Under the pieces are notes generated by a model that saw only the letters and a program-made list of their open reading frames with translations, was not told the origin of the DNA and did no database searches. Shown here piece after piece: positions 1 through 10,774 of a DNA stretch of 64,000 nt. Both the position numbers and the translations under genes were made by a program. Source of the DNA: Thalassobaculaceae bacterium (GTDB lineage Bacteria > Pseudomonadota > Alphaproteobacteria > Thalassobaculales > Thalassobaculaceae); contig OZ245843.1 of assembly GCA_965228875.1 (NCBI GenBank), forward strand, positions 4,198,616 to 4,262,615, in the 5' to 3' direction. Numbering within the stretch: the stretch's first letter is position 1; every line of letters starts with the position of its first letter.

Positions 1-135
1 GTCGATCGACCTGGTGAAGGCGGCACTCGGCGAGTTCAACCTCGGGAGCGCCGCGGCCATGAGCATCATCTACTTCCTGATGACGCTGCTGGTGTGCTGG
101 CTGTTCTACACGCTGACCATGCAGGGGGAGAAGAA

Positions 136-139
<4 letters not shown>
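1..139 (+). CDS. glpP: Carbohydrate (glycerol-type) ABC permease, C-terminal fragment
   Basis: Frame from nt 2 reads SIDLVKAALGEFNLGSAAAMSIIYFLMTLLVCWLFYTLTMQGEKK*. Stop TGA at 137-139 overlaps the next ATG. Gene order matches rhizobial glpPQUV. Confidence 0.75.
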
Positions 140-936
<797 letters not shown>

Positions 937-954
937 TCGGGGGAGGGCGGACAC

Positions 955-1236
955 ATGGAACTCGCCTGGATGGCCTGGACCTGGCAGACCGGCACCTTCT
1001 TCGCGGTGATCGCCCTGCTGCTGGTCGGCATGAGCGTCTGGGAATGGGCGCGGCCGGGCGGCGACCCGCGCGACGGCGTTCTCGGCCTGCACACCACACG
1101 CGGCGATCGGCTGTTCATCTCGCTGCTGAGCGCCGCCTACATCCATCTCGCCTGGCTGGCGCTGACCGGCCTGCCGCTCTGGGGGGCGACCGTTCTCGCC
1201 CTGATCGTGGCCGCCGCCATTTTCCGGTGGGTCTGA
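955..1236 (+). CDS. glpU: Small integral membrane protein, DUF2160 / GlpU-type
   Basis: 93 aa with WMAWT and TTRGDRLFISLL motifs; lies between permease and binding protein; GGGAGG RBS. Confidence 0.75.
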   Translation: MELAWMAWTWQTGTFFAVIALLLVGMSVWEWARPGGDPRDGVLGLHTTRGDRLFISLLSAAYIHLAWLALTGLPLWGATVLALIVAAAIFRWV

Positions 1237-1366
1237 GCGGCCGGCGGGATCGAACACGGCGGCGACACCTGCCGCCCAAGAAACTCGGACGGCCGGGCCG
1301 ATGGCGCCGGCGGTCCGTGGACGCGGTCACGGCGAACGTGATCCGCATGATGGAAGGGAGGATACG

Positions 1367-3097
1367 ATGAGAACGAGACTTCTGGCGTCGGCCGCCGCCG
1401 TCGCCATGCTCTGGGGGGCCGGATCGGCCGTCGCGGGCATGGCGGAGGCGGAACGCTGGGTCGACAGCGAGTTCCAGCCGTCGGCTCTGTCGCGGGCGGA
1501 TCAGCTCAAGGAGATGGAGTGGTTCATCCAGGCGGCCGAGCCGTTCCAGGGCATGGAAATCAACGTCCTGTCCGAGACCATTCCGACGCACGAGTATGAA
1601 TCGAAGGTCCTGACCAAGGCGTTCGAGGAGATCACCGGCATCAAGGTCAACCATCAGCTGCTCGGCGAGGGCGAGGTCGTCCAGGCCGTGCAGACCCAGA
1701 TGCAGACCAAGCGGAACCTGTACGACGCCTACATCAACGACAGCGACCTGATCGGCACCCATTCGCGCCTGCAGCTCGCCTACAACCTGTCGGAGTTCAT
1801 GGCGGGCGACGGCAAGGACGTCACCAACCCGATGCTCGACATCGACGACTTCATCGGCAAGTCGTTCACCACGGGACCGGACGGCAAGCTCTACCAGCTT
1901 CCCGACCAGCAGTTCGCCAACCTCTACTGGTTCCGCAAGGACTGGTTCGACCGCGAGGACCTGAAGGCCCGGTTCAAGGAGATGTACGGCTACGACCTCG
2001 GCGTGCCGGTCAACTGGTCGGCCTATGAGGACATCGCCGAGTTTTTCAGCGTGCACGTCAAGGAGATCGACGGCGTGCGGGTCTACGGTCACATGGACTA
2101 CGGCAAGCGCGCGCCGGATCTCGGCTGGCGCATGACCGACGCTTGGCTGTCCATGGCCGGCGCCGGCTCGACCGGCCTGCCGAACGGCCGCCCGATCGAC
2201 GAGTGGGGCATCCGCATGGAGGCGGATTCCTGCAACCCGGCCGGCGCCTCGGTCTCGCGCGGCGGCGGCACCAACGGCCCGGCCGCCGTCTACGCCATCC
2301 GCAAGTGGGACGAGTGGCTGCGTGCCTACGCGCCTCCGGGGGCGGCCAGCTACGACTTCTACCAGTCGCTGCCGGCGCTGAGCCAGGGCAACGTGGCGCA
2401 GCAGATCTTCTGGTACACCGCCTTCACCGCCTCGATGGTGGCGCCGAAGTCGGAAGGCAACAACACCGTGGACGACGAGGGCACGCCGCTCTGGCGGATG
2501 GCGCCGTCGCCGCATGGCCCGTACTGGATCGAGGGCCAGAAGCTCGGCTACCAGGATGCCGGATCCTGGACCATGCTGAAGTCGACCCCGGTCGACCGGG
2601 CGAAGGCCGCCTGGCTGTATGCCCAGTTCGTGGTGTCCAAGACCGTGGACGTGAAGAAGAGCCATGTCGGCCTGACCTTCATCCGCGATACCACGGTGCG
2701 CCACGAGAGCTTCACCGAGCGGGCGCCGAAGCTCGGCGGGCTGATCGAGTTCTACCGCTCGCCGGACCGCGTGCTGTGGACCCCGACCGGCGTCAACGTC
2801 CCCGACTATCCGAAGCTCGCCCAACTGTGGTGGCAGAACATCGGTGACGTGAACTCCGGCGCCTTCAGCCCGCAGGAGGCGATGAACCGTCTCGCCGGCG
2901 AGATGGACCAGGTCATGGCCCGCATGCAGGCGGCCGACGAGAAGGCCAATGTCTACGGCGGCTGCGGCCCGCGCCTGAACGACGAGCAGGACGCCTCGGC
3001 CTGGCTCGGCAAGGGCGGGGCGAAGGCCAAGCTGGACAACGAGAAGCCCCAGGGCGAGACGATCGCCTACGAGGAGATCGTCAAGCGCTGGCAGTGA
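1367..3097 (+). CDS. glpV: ABC substrate-binding protein (glycerol-type GlpV)
   Basis: Signal peptide MRTRLLASAAAVAMLW..A-G after GGGAGG RBS; SETIPTHEYES and PDQQFANLYWFR motifs. Confidence 0.8.
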   Translation: MRTRLLASAAAVAMLWGAGSAVAGMAEAERWVDSEFQPSALSRADQLKEMEWFIQAAEPFQGMEINVLSETIPTHEYESKVLTKAFEEITGIKVNHQLLGEGEVVQAVQTQMQTKRNLYDAYINDSDLIGTHSRLQLAYNLSEFMAGDGKDVTNPMLDIDDFIGKSFTTGPDGKLYQLPDQQFANLYWFRKDWFDREDLKARFKEMYGYDLGVPVNWSAYEDIAEFFSVHVKEIDGVRVYGHMDYGKRAPDLGWRMTDAWLSMAGAGSTGLPNGRPIDEWGIRMEADSCNPAGASVSRGGGTNGPAAVYAIRKWDEWLRAYAPPGAASYDFYQSLPALSQGNVAQQIFWYTAFTASMVAPKSEGNNTVDDEGTPLWRMAPSPHGPYWIEGQKLGYQDAGSWTMLKSTPVDRAKAAWLYAQFVVSKTVDVKKSHVGLTFIRDTTVRHESFTERAPKLGGLIEFYRSPDRVLWTPTGVNVPDYPKLAQLWWQNIGDVNSGAFSPQEAMNRLAGEMDQVMARMQAADEKANVYGGCGPRLNDEQDASAWLGKGGAKAKLDNEKPQGETIAYEEIVKRWQ

Positions 3098-3120
3098 CCG
3101 GCGATCCCAACACTCAAGCG

Positions 3121-3140
3121 CCGGGGCCTTCGGGCCCCGG
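3121..3140. terminator. GC hairpin between convergent operons (CCGGGGCC-TTCG-GGCCCCGG)
   Basis: Perfect 8-bp stem with a cUUCGg loop; no strong U-tract. Confidence 0.6.
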
Positions 3141-3167
3141 TGTCGTTTCCGGCCCACCCGCGTAGCG

Positions 3168-3833
3168 CTACTCGTTGTCGATGTCGCCGGCTCCGGCGCC
3201 GCTCGCGCGCGACCCCGCGTCGGTCGGGACCAGCGTGCGCGCCGCCAGGCGGGCGAGCCGCGCCAGCGTCTCCTGCGACGGCATGACGGCCGCGTCAGGA
3301 CCGTCGCTTTCGGGCACCACGGATACTCCGCGCTGCAGCTTCAGCGTGCAGGGTCCCGGACCATCCGGCGATCCCGTCCAGTAGAGCCGGTCGCAGAGGA
3401 CCCGCGCCACGCCGCCGTCGGCGAACACCATCGTCACCGTCGCGTCGTCCGCCGAACTCGCCGCCAGGGCCTGTCCGAGGATGCCGGCCAGGAGCATCGG
3501 CCGGTCCCAGTCCGCAAGGGTCACCGGTACTCCCGGTTCGGCAAGGAGGAGGTCCGCGGCCGATATCGCGGCCACCGCCGACGATCCCCCGGTCAGCCGC
3601 CAGCCCTCCCGCGTTCGCGTGATCGACGCCGTGCCCAGACCGGTGCCGGACCCTGTGCCGTCCCGGTCGATCCGCTCCATCGCCTCCAGCATAATGGCCG
3701 CCCCGTCGCCGCCGCCGCGCCCGCTCAGCCAGAGGGCCGCCCGGGCGACCTCCTCGGCCGTCCCGGGCGGGAGGCCGACGCCGATGGCGGCTCTGGTCAC
3801 CAGGCTGGCGATCTCGTAGCGCGACCGCCTCAC
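3168..3833 (-). CDS. DUF3726-like protein of unknown function
   Basis: GTG start overlaps the upstream stop (GTGA). N-terminus RSRYEIASLVTRAAIGVGLPPGTAEEVA and C-terminus SRASGAGAGDIDNE are typical of the family. Confidence 0.6.
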   Translation of the reverse strand: MRRSRYEIASLVTRAAIGVGLPPGTAEEVARAALWLSGRGGGDGAAIMLEAMERIDRDGTGSGTGLGTASITRTREGWRLTGGSSAVAAISAADLLLAEPGVPVTLADWDRPMLLAGILGQALAASSADDATVTMVFADGGVARVLCDRLYWTGSPDGPGPCTLKLQRGVSVVPESDGPDAAVMPSQETLARLARLAARTLVPTDAGSRASGAGAGDIDNE

Positions 3834-5530
3834 GGGTCGGGGCTCACGTCCGACAGGGTCGCGAAGATCCACCCGTCGGGATCGCCTTTGGCGATCTCCG
3901 CCGGGCCCGGCGCCCCCTGGAACAGCACGATGCGGGTCCAGCGATCGGATTTCGGGTCGAACCGGTTGGCCCCGAAGAACGCAAGCTTGCAGCGCAGGAT
4001 ATCCACCGGCACGCAGCCGGCGTCGATCAGATTGTCGCGGATCTCGGCATAGGGTCGTTCGGCCAGACGCTGCACCCGGGCCGCCGCCAGCCGATGCCGG
4101 GGATGGGCGGCCAGGAACACGGCAAGCGGCGTCGCGGGGTCGACGGCGCCGCAGTCGCGGGCGAAGGCCTGAACCCGGCGGGCGATGTCGAGCGGCAGTT
4201 CCCGGTCGGCGCCCGGCTCGTGCGCCCGCTCCCCCAGCCGGGGCTCGTTCTTGTCCTCGGAGACGTACCAGAACCGCGCCGTGGCCTGCGGGTCGGCGAA
4301 ATCGATATCGAGCGCCCAGCGCCAGTCCGCCGCCACCAGCGCCTGCATGCGCCCGAGCGGTACCGACCCGTCCAGGCGCGGTTCGCCGTCGCTCTTCATG
4401 GTGTCGGCCAGCGCGTCGACCAGATCGCCATAGGGCTCCAGAGTCAGCGCGGCCACAAGCTCGCGACATTCGTCGGAGCGCCCGTCCACAGCGTCGACCA
4501 GGCGGTCCCAGGGCCAAGCCGCCGCCCCCAGCCAACCAGGAGACAGCCACGTCGAGATTTCGGCGAGTTCGGCGTCCAGGACCGCGATGCGGCGCGCCTG
4601 CCGAGCGTCGTCGACGCGCCATTGTCCGACATGGCGCCGGGCCTGGGCGAATGCAGTGAGGAAACTGTCCACCCGATCCGGAGTCGCACGTTCCAACGCC
4701 CGAACCCGGGCCAGCGCCGTCTCCCGCGCCGCCAGCCAGTTGTGCAGGAGGTCTGGATGGTTGATGACGAACGGCGCCATGCCGAGTCCTGTGGAGTTGC
4801 CGATCCCGAGATAGCGGCGGATGTCCGGCGCCAGATCCGCCGCCCGCGCACCGCCGCGCGCCCGGGCCACGTGCTCGGCCAGGTCGAGCGTGAAGCTCCG
4901 GATCAGCCAGACGGTCAGCATCTCCGCCTGGAACGGTCCGTCCAGCGGCGGTCTGTCGCCATAGACCGCCCGGTCGGCGATCCCGAACTTGCCGTTGCCG
5001 TAGACCGCCGTCGTCCGCATGAGATAGCCCGTCGCCCGGATCAGGTCGCGGTCGGGCTGGGCGCCGGCGGCGAGGCGGCCGACCACATGCTCGAACAGGC
5101 GGACGCTGCGGTTCGCCCGGCTGAGCACCAGTTCGCTCTCACGGAACCGGCCCGCTTCCTGGCGCGGGACATTGGCGCGCAGCCGCTCGATGTCCTCCGC
5201 CCCCGGCACGCCGTCGAACAGCGCGTAGCTGGTGTCCCAGGCTTCGGCGATCACCCGGTCGCTGCGGTCCTCTGGCGCGAGCGGGGTGGAGAACGCGACC
5301 AGGCTCAGGCGCCGTCCTCCCAGGGTCAGGCCGTAGACCGCGCAGCCGTATCCGTCGCCGTCGATGTCCCAGTGCGTCCGCGTCACCGAGACCGCCTCGC
5401 GGTGCATCCGTCGGATCAGGGTGCGCATGAAGCTGAGGCGGGTGGGGTAGGCCGCGCCCAACCGGTCCAGACGCATCACCGCCGATGGTGGTCGAAGCGC
5501 CTCTCCCGCGGGCTGCGGCAGCGGCCTCAT
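3830..5530 (-). CDS. Conserved hypothetical protein (566 aa)
   Basis: ATGA-coupled to the upstream gene. Enzyme-like blocks TRLSFMR, GYLMRTTAVYGNGKFGIAD, GIGNSTGLGMAPF, FWYVSEDKNEPRLGER, FDPKSDRWTRI. Confidence 0.75.
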   Translation of the reverse strand: MRPLPQPAGEALRPPSAVMRLDRLGAAYPTRLSFMRTLIRRMHREAVSVTRTHWDIDGDGYGCAVYGLTLGGRRLSLVAFSTPLAPEDRSDRVIAEAWDTSYALFDGVPGAEDIERLRANVPRQEAGRFRESELVLSRANRSVRLFEHVVGRLAAGAQPDRDLIRATGYLMRTTAVYGNGKFGIADRAVYGDRPPLDGPFQAEMLTVWLIRSFTLDLAEHVARARGGARAADLAPDIRRYLGIGNSTGLGMAPFVINHPDLLHNWLAARETALARVRALERATPDRVDSFLTAFAQARRHVGQWRVDDARQARRIAVLDAELAEISTWLSPGWLGAAAWPWDRLVDAVDGRSDECRELVAALTLEPYGDLVDALADTMKSDGEPRLDGSVPLGRMQALVAADWRWALDIDFADPQATARFWYVSEDKNEPRLGERAHEPGADRELPLDIARRVQAFARDCGAVDPATPLAVFLAAHPRHRLAAARVQRLAERPYAEIRDNLIDAGCVPVDILRCKLAFFGANRFDPKSDRWTRIVLFQGAPGPAEIAKGDPDGWIFATLSDVSPDP

Positions 5531-6510
5531 GCCTGGGCGGCGGGCCCGAAGGAGCGGTCGAAGAACGCGAGCCAGTTCTCCCCCATGATCGCCCGCACCT
5601 CGGCGTCGTCGAACCCGACCGCGCGCAGGCCTGACGCCAATCCGGGGAAGTCGCGGTTGCTTTGGAACCAGGACGGCTGCGGCGGAAACCCGGCCTGCGC
5701 GGCGGAGCCTTCGCCGTAGTCGATCTCCCGGCTCCAGGTGCCGACCCGCATCCATTCCACGACGCTGTCCGGCTGGTCCTGGCACAGGTCGCTGCCGAAC
5801 CCGATGCGCTCCACCCCCATCAGGTCGGCGGTGCGCGCGATCATCGCGCAGAACGCCTCGAGCGTGCAGTCCGACTTGCCGGCTAGGTGATGCGGATACA
5901 TGGAGAAGCCGAGCATGCCGCCGCTCTCGCCGAGCGCACGCAGCACCGTATCCGACTTGTTCCGCAGGGCCGGGTGCCAGCCATGGGGATTGGCGTGGGT
6001 AATGGCGATGGGCCGTTCCGAGATCTCGATCGCCTCCAGGGTCGAACGCTCGGCCGAGTGGCTCATGTCGATCACCAGGCCGACCCGGTTCATCTCCCTG
6101 ATGACCTGCCGACCCATGCGCGTGATTCCGGGGTCCTCCGCCTCGTAGCAGCCGGTCGCCAGCAGCGACTGGTTGTTGTAGCTGAGCTGCATGAAGCGCG
6201 CGCCGAGGCCGTGGCAGATCTCGACCAGCCCGATATCGTCCTCGATCGGCGAACAGTTCTGGAAACCGAACAGGATCGCCGTCCGGCCCTCTGCATGGGC
6301 GCGGCGGACGTCGTCGCCGCTGCGCGCCGGTACGATCAGATCCGGGAACCGCTCGAAGAAGCGGTTCCACGCGATCATGTTCTGAACGGTCTCGCGGAAG
6401 TCCTCGTGGTAGCAGATCGTGACGTGCACGGCCGACACGCCGCCCGCCCGCATCTCGCGGAAAATCTGCTCCGACCAGCGTGCGTACTGGCAGCCGTCGA
6501 TGATCAGCAT
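5527..6510 (-). CDS. Membrane dipeptidase-like (peptidase M19 / amidohydrolase fold) protein
   Basis: QLSYNNQS, EMNRVGLVIDMSHS, ITHAN, RNKSD and GFGSD motifs. Confidence 0.8.
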   Translation of the reverse strand: MLIIDGCQYARWSEQIFREMRAGGVSAVHVTICYHEDFRETVQNMIAWNRFFERFPDLIVPARSGDDVRRAHAEGRTAILFGFQNCSPIEDDIGLVEICHGLGARFMQLSYNNQSLLATGCYEAEDPGITRMGRQVIREMNRVGLVIDMSHSAERSTLEAIEISERPIAITHANPHGWHPALRNKSDTVLRALGESGGMLGFSMYPHHLAGKSDCTLEAFCAMIARTADLMGVERIGFGSDLCQDQPDSVVEWMRVGTWSREIDYGEGSAAQAGFPPQPSWFQSNRDFPGLASGLRAVGFDDAEVRAIMGENWLAFFDRSFGPAAQA

Positions 6511-6624
6511 GGCGTCGGCCTTTCGCGCTCCGTCCCCGCTCGTCCCTACTCTGACCGCTGGAGGGAGGGCCTGTCCATGTCGGGCGTCGGGCGGCCGGCG
6601 TCGGCCGGCTTTCCCCGGCCGGGT

Positions 6625-8244
6625 CTACCCGGCCAGGTGTTCGAACAGACGGGCGACCGCCTCGGCGCCGGGGTCGTTGTGACCGACCAGCTTGTCGGCG
6701 GAGATGTAGCTGGCGCGTCCGGCGCCGGCCTTGCCGATCCCGGCGGTCGCGTCGGCGCCGCTGCGCGCGGCGGCGGCGGCCGCCGGCAGCCCGTCGGCGA
6801 GGGCGTCGAGCGCCGGGGCCAGGGCGTCGACCATCGTCCGGTCGCCCAGCTTCGCGCCGCCCACCTCCTGAACCCGGCGGAGTGCGGTCTTCAGCGCGTC
6901 GATCGTGTCCTCGCCGGTGCCCGACGCGTCGCCCGCGGCGGCGAAGAAGATCGCCAGCAGCACGCCGGACGATCCGCCCATTGTCTGGCTCAGCTCCTGG
7001 CCGATCGCCCGATAGAGCTGGGTGACGTCGGCCTGGGGCAGGCGGTCCAGCGCACCGATCAGGGCGCGGGCCGCCGTCGCCAGGGTGCTGCCGGTATCGC
7101 CGTCGCCCGAACGCTGGTCGAGGGCGTTGAGGTCGGATTCGGCGTCGATGAAGACGCGGCAGCACTCCTCGATGAAGGCGCGGTGCGCGTCGTGGCGCGA
7201 CGGCATCGGTGCGATCGGCGCCAGCCCGTCGGGCAGCGGCAGGACCTCGACCGAGCCGACCGCGTGACAGCCGGGCCACGCCTCGCAGGCGACCGGCGCC
7301 GTCAGCGCGCTCTCCTCCTCCTCGCCGACCGGCAGCAGCGAGATCGAGAAGCCGCGCATATCGAGCGAGGTCATCAGCGGTGCGGGGCCGATCACCCAGC
7401 GGATCCGGTCGCCGATCCGCGACTTGACGAGTTCCTCCAGGAGCACCGACATCTCCAGCGGCGTGGCGCTGCCGAGGTTGTTGACCAGTGCCGCGTGCGG
7501 TCCGGGCGGGATGGAGGACGCCAGGCGCTCGACCACCATGGCGATCGCCCCGGCCGCGCCGGAGAAATCGACCTGCTCGACGCCCGGCTCGCCGTGAATG
7601 CCGAGGCCGAGCTCGGCCTTGCCGGCCGGAATGCGGTTGTCCTTTGGGTTGCCCGGAACGGTACAGGAGTCCAGGGACATCCCGATCGACGCCACCCCGT
7701 CGATGACGTTCCGGGCGGCGGCGGTCACCGCGTCCAGGTCGGCGCCTCGCTCGGCGAGCGCGCCGGCGATCTTGTGGACGAACAGGGTGCCGGCCACGCC
7801 GCGCGCCTGGGGCAGGTCGGGAAGGGCGATGTCGTCGTCGACGATCACCATGTTGACGTTCAGTCCGTAGGCCCGGGCCCGTTCGGCGGCGAGGCCGAAG
7901 TTGAGCCGGTCCCCGGTGTAGTTCTTGACGATCAGCAGGCAGCCCGCCTTGCCGGTCACGGCCAGAATGCCGGCCAGGACCGCGTCGACGGACGGAGAGG
8001 CGAAGACCTCGCCGCACACCGCGGCCGTCAGCATGCCCCGGCCGACGAAACCTGCGTGGCTGGGCTCGTGTCCGGATCCGCCGCCGGAGACCAGGGCCAC
8101 CTTGGAGCGGTCCCAGTCGTTGCGCACAACGACCTTGATGTGCGGGTATCCGTCGAGCCGGGCCAGTCGCCCCGCCGCGTGGCGGAGCATGCCGTCGATG
8201 GCTTCGGTGACCAGCGTTTCCTTGGCGTTGATGAACTGACTCAT
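6625..8244 (-). CDS. dhaK: Dihydroxyacetone kinase, fused DhaK-DhaL (Dak1-Dak2)
   Basis: SGGGSGHEP, KNYTGDRLNF, GLGIHGEPG, GDGDTG, GDRTMVDAL and GRASY motifs. Confidence 0.92.
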   Translation of the reverse strand: MSQFINAKETLVTEAIDGMLRHAAGRLARLDGYPHIKVVVRNDWDRSKVALVSGGGSGHEPSHAGFVGRGMLTAAVCGEVFASPSVDAVLAGILAVTGKAGCLLIVKNYTGDRLNFGLAAERARAYGLNVNMVIVDDDIALPDLPQARGVAGTLFVHKIAGALAERGADLDAVTAAARNVIDGVASIGMSLDSCTVPGNPKDNRIPAGKAELGLGIHGEPGVEQVDFSGAAGAIAMVVERLASSIPPGPHAALVNNLGSATPLEMSVLLEELVKSRIGDRIRWVIGPAPLMTSLDMRGFSISLLPVGEEEESALTAPVACEAWPGCHAVGSVEVLPLPDGLAPIAPMPSRHDAHRAFIEECCRVFIDAESDLNALDQRSGDGDTGSTLATAARALIGALDRLPQADVTQLYRAIGQELSQTMGGSSGVLLAIFFAAAGDASGTGEDTIDALKTALRRVQEVGGAKLGDRTMVDALAPALDALADGLPAAAAAARSGADATAGIGKAGAGRASYISADKLVGHNDPGAEAVARLFEHLAG

Positions 8245-8255
8245 GGCGTTTCTCC

Positions 8256-9251
8256 TCAAGGGATCCGGTTGCCGCCGGCATCGAAATACAGGGCGTCGCG
8301 CGGCTCGACCGCCACGGTGTCGCCGGGCTCGAGTCTGGTGTGCACATCGGTGAGCGTCACGATCTCGTGGCCGTCCAGCGTCAGGTGCAGGCGGGTCTGG
8401 TCGCCGAGATGCTCGACCCGCGACACGGTGGCCGGCCGCCCCTGGCCCTGGCGGATGTGCTCGGGGCGCAGACCGATCGTCGCCGCGCCCGCGGGGGCAC
8501 CGGCGAAGAGGTCGGCCGGCAGCGCATTGATCCGCGGCAGGCCGAGCCGTCCGGCGACGTAGAGGTTGACCGGGTTCTCGTAGATCTCGCGCGGCGGCCC
8601 GACCTGGACCAGCCGGCCGTCCTGGAGCACGCCGACGCTGGTCGCCATGGTCATGGCCTCGGTCTGGTCATGGGTGACGTAGAGCAGGGTTGCGCCGAGG
8701 CTGGCGTGGATGCGCTTGAGCTCGATCCGAAGCTCGCCGCGCAGCTTGGCGTCGAGCGAGCTCAGGGGCTCGTCCATCAGATAGATGGCCGGGTCGCGAA
8801 CCAGGGCGCGGCCGATCGACACCCGCTGCATCTCGCCGCCGGACAGGGCCGTCGCCCGGTTGTCGAGCTTGCCGGCGATGTGCAGTACCTCCGCCACCGC
8901 GTTGATCTTGCGCTCGATCTCGTCCTCGGGCGTGCGCAGGATCGGCGATCGCAGGGGGAAGGCGAGGTTGTCGCGCACGGTCATGTGCGGATATAGCGAG
9001 TACTGCTGGAACACCATGGCCACATCGCGCTGGGCCGGCGTCTCGTCGATGACCGGCCGGCCGTCGATCAGGATCTCGCCGGTGTCGGGGCGCTCCAGCC
9101 CCGATATCAGGCGCAGCGTCGTCGTCTTGCCCGCACCGGTCGGACCGAGCAGCACGACGAAGGCGCCGTCCTCGATCGTCATGGACAGGCCGTCGACGGC
9201 CATGGTCGCCCCGAAGGTCTTGGTCACGTCGCGGAGGATGACGTCAGCCAC
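8256..9251 (-). CDS. Carbohydrate ABC transporter ATP-binding subunit
   Basis: Walker A GPTGAGKTT, LSGGEMQR, MDEP, TOBE-like C-terminus. GTG start overlaps the upstream gene. Confidence 0.9.
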   Translation of the reverse strand: MADVILRDVTKTFGATMAVDGLSMTIEDGAFVVLLGPTGAGKTTTLRLISGLERPDTGEILIDGRPVIDETPAQRDVAMVFQQYSLYPHMTVRDNLAFPLRSPILRTPEDEIERKINAVAEVLHIAGKLDNRATALSGGEMQRVSIGRALVRDPAIYLMDEPLSSLDAKLRGELRIELKRIHASLGATLLYVTHDQTEAMTMATSVGVLQDGRLVQVGPPREIYENPVNLYVAGRLGLPRINALPADLFAGAPAGAATIGLRPEHIRQGQGRPATVSRVEHLGDQTRLHLTLDGHEIVTLTDVHTRLEPGDTVAVEPRDALYFDAGGNRIP

Positions 9252-10341
9252 CGGCAAGCACCCCTTCGTTCAGTTCGGACCGGATCGCCCGGCCGGACTG
9301 GTTGTCGAACAGGGTCACGGTGGTGCGGTCGAATTCCAGCCCGACGGTCTCGCCGACCCGCACCGTCTCGCCGGACGGCACCCGTGCCTTGATCTCCCCG
9401 TTGTGGGTCTCCAGCGTGACGATCTGCGTGGTGCCCAGGTACTCGGTCGCGACGATCTCGCCGCGGTAGGCGGCGGCGTCGCTGAGCCGGACGTGCTCCG
9501 GGCGCACGCCGAAGACCAGGTCGCCGGTGAACGGCTCGCGCAGCGCCGGGATCCCGAAGGTCTGATGATGCATCTCGACGCTGACCGCCCCGGTCTCCAG
9601 GTTGCCGTGGAACTTCAGGAAATTCATGGACGGCGAGCCGATGAAGTCGGCCACGAACACTGTCGCCGGCTTGTCGTAGATGTCGCGCGGCGTGCCGAAC
9701 TGTTCGATCACCCCATGGTTCATGATGACGATCTTGTCGCCCATCTGCATCGCCTCGAGCTGATCGTGGGTGACGTAGACCGTGGTCGCGCCCATGCGGT
9801 CGTGAAGATCGCGCAGCTCTCCCGCCATATGCTCGCGGAATTCGGCGTCCAGGGCGCCGAGCGGCTCGTCCATCAGAAAGCATTTCGGATTGCGGACGAT
9901 GGCGCGGCCGAGGGCGACCCGCTGGCGGTCGCCGCCGGACAGGCCGCTGACCGGCGCGTCGAGGATCCCCTCGATGCCGAGAATGCGGGCGACCTCGGCC
10001 ACCTTGCGGCGGATCTGCTCGCGCGGCATGCCCTGGCTGACCAGCGGATAGCTGATGTTCTTGCGCACGTTCATGTGCGGATAGAGCGCGAACATCTGGA
10101 AGACGAAGGCGATGTCGCGGGCGCTCGCCGGTTTCTGGCCGACCTCCTCGCCGTCGATGCAGATCTCGCCGGAGGTCGGCAGCTCCAGCCCCGCCAGCAT
10201 GCGCAGGGTCGTCGTCTTGCCGCAGCCCGACGGGCCGAGCAGCATGAAGAACTCCCCGTCCTCGATCTTGAAGGAGGAGGACTGCACGGCGGTGAAGTCG
10301 CCGAACTCCTTGCGCAGGTTGCTGACCCGGATCTCAGCCAT
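9244..10341 (-). CDS. Carbohydrate ABC transporter ATP-binding subunit
   Basis: GPSGCGKTT, LSGGDRQR, MDEP, FVADFIGSPSMN. Confidence 0.92.
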   Translation of the reverse strand: MAEIRVSNLRKEFGDFTAVQSSSFKIEDGEFFMLLGPSGCGKTTTLRMLAGLELPTSGEICIDGEEVGQKPASARDIAFVFQMFALYPHMNVRKNISYPLVSQGMPREQIRRKVAEVARILGIEGILDAPVSGLSGGDRQRVALGRAIVRNPKCFLMDEPLGALDAEFREHMAGELRDLHDRMGATTVYVTHDQLEAMQMGDKIVIMNHGVIEQFGTPRDIYDKPATVFVADFIGSPSMNFLKFHGNLETGAVSVEMHHQTFGIPALREPFTGDLVFGVRPEHVRLSDAAAYRGEIVATEYLGTTQIVTLETHNGEIKARVPSGETVRVGETVGLEFDRTTVTLFDNQSGRAIRSELNEGVLAGG

Positions 10342-10774
10342 CGGCCCGGTCCCGCGGCGGTTCGGTCATCAATGCGGAATGCAGGATGAAGTCGGCGGTC
10401 GCCCGATTGCAGGCGATCACCGTCTGCTGGAGCGTCGAGATCCGGATCAGGGCCTTGACGTCGACGTCGTGCGGCATCGCCGAGAGCGGGTCGGTGAAGA
10501 AGATCAGGATGTCGAGGCGGTCCTCGGCGATCATCGCGCCGAGCTGCTGGTCGCCGCCCCGCGGTCCGCTTTTCAGCAGGCGGATGTCCAGGCCCGTCGC
10601 CTCGGCGACCAGGGAACCGGTCGTACCCGTGGCCCACAGCCGGTGCGGCCGCAACCGCTCGCTGTTGGCCCGCGCCCAGGTCACCATCTCCTGCTTCTTC
10701 GCGTCGTGCGCGACCAGGGCGATGCTTCTGGCGGTCGGGTCCTCGGTCATGGTCCTGTCCTGAGCCTGTGTCAT
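10334..10774 (-). CDS. mgsA: Methylglyoxal synthase
   Basis: ALVAHDAKK, ATGTTG, SGPRGGDQQ, FFTDP, PHDVDVKAL and ACNRATAD are all present. Overlaps both neighbours; the start could be 10750. Confidence 0.92.
   Translation of the reverse strand: MTQAQDRTMTEDPTARSIALVAHDAKKQEMVTWARANSERLRPHRLWATGTTGSLVAEATGLDIRLLKSGPRGGDQQLGAMIAEDRLDILIFFTDPLSAMPHDVDVKALIRISTLQQTVIACNRATADFILHSALMTEPPRDRADG

Noticed and set aside
5531..8347. N-terminal extension making a 1505-aa ORF (3830..8347)
   Set aside because: Off-frame shadow over the dipeptidase-like and dhaK genes, with Arg/Gly/Pro-rich composition. The real gene starts at the ATGA overlap at 5530.
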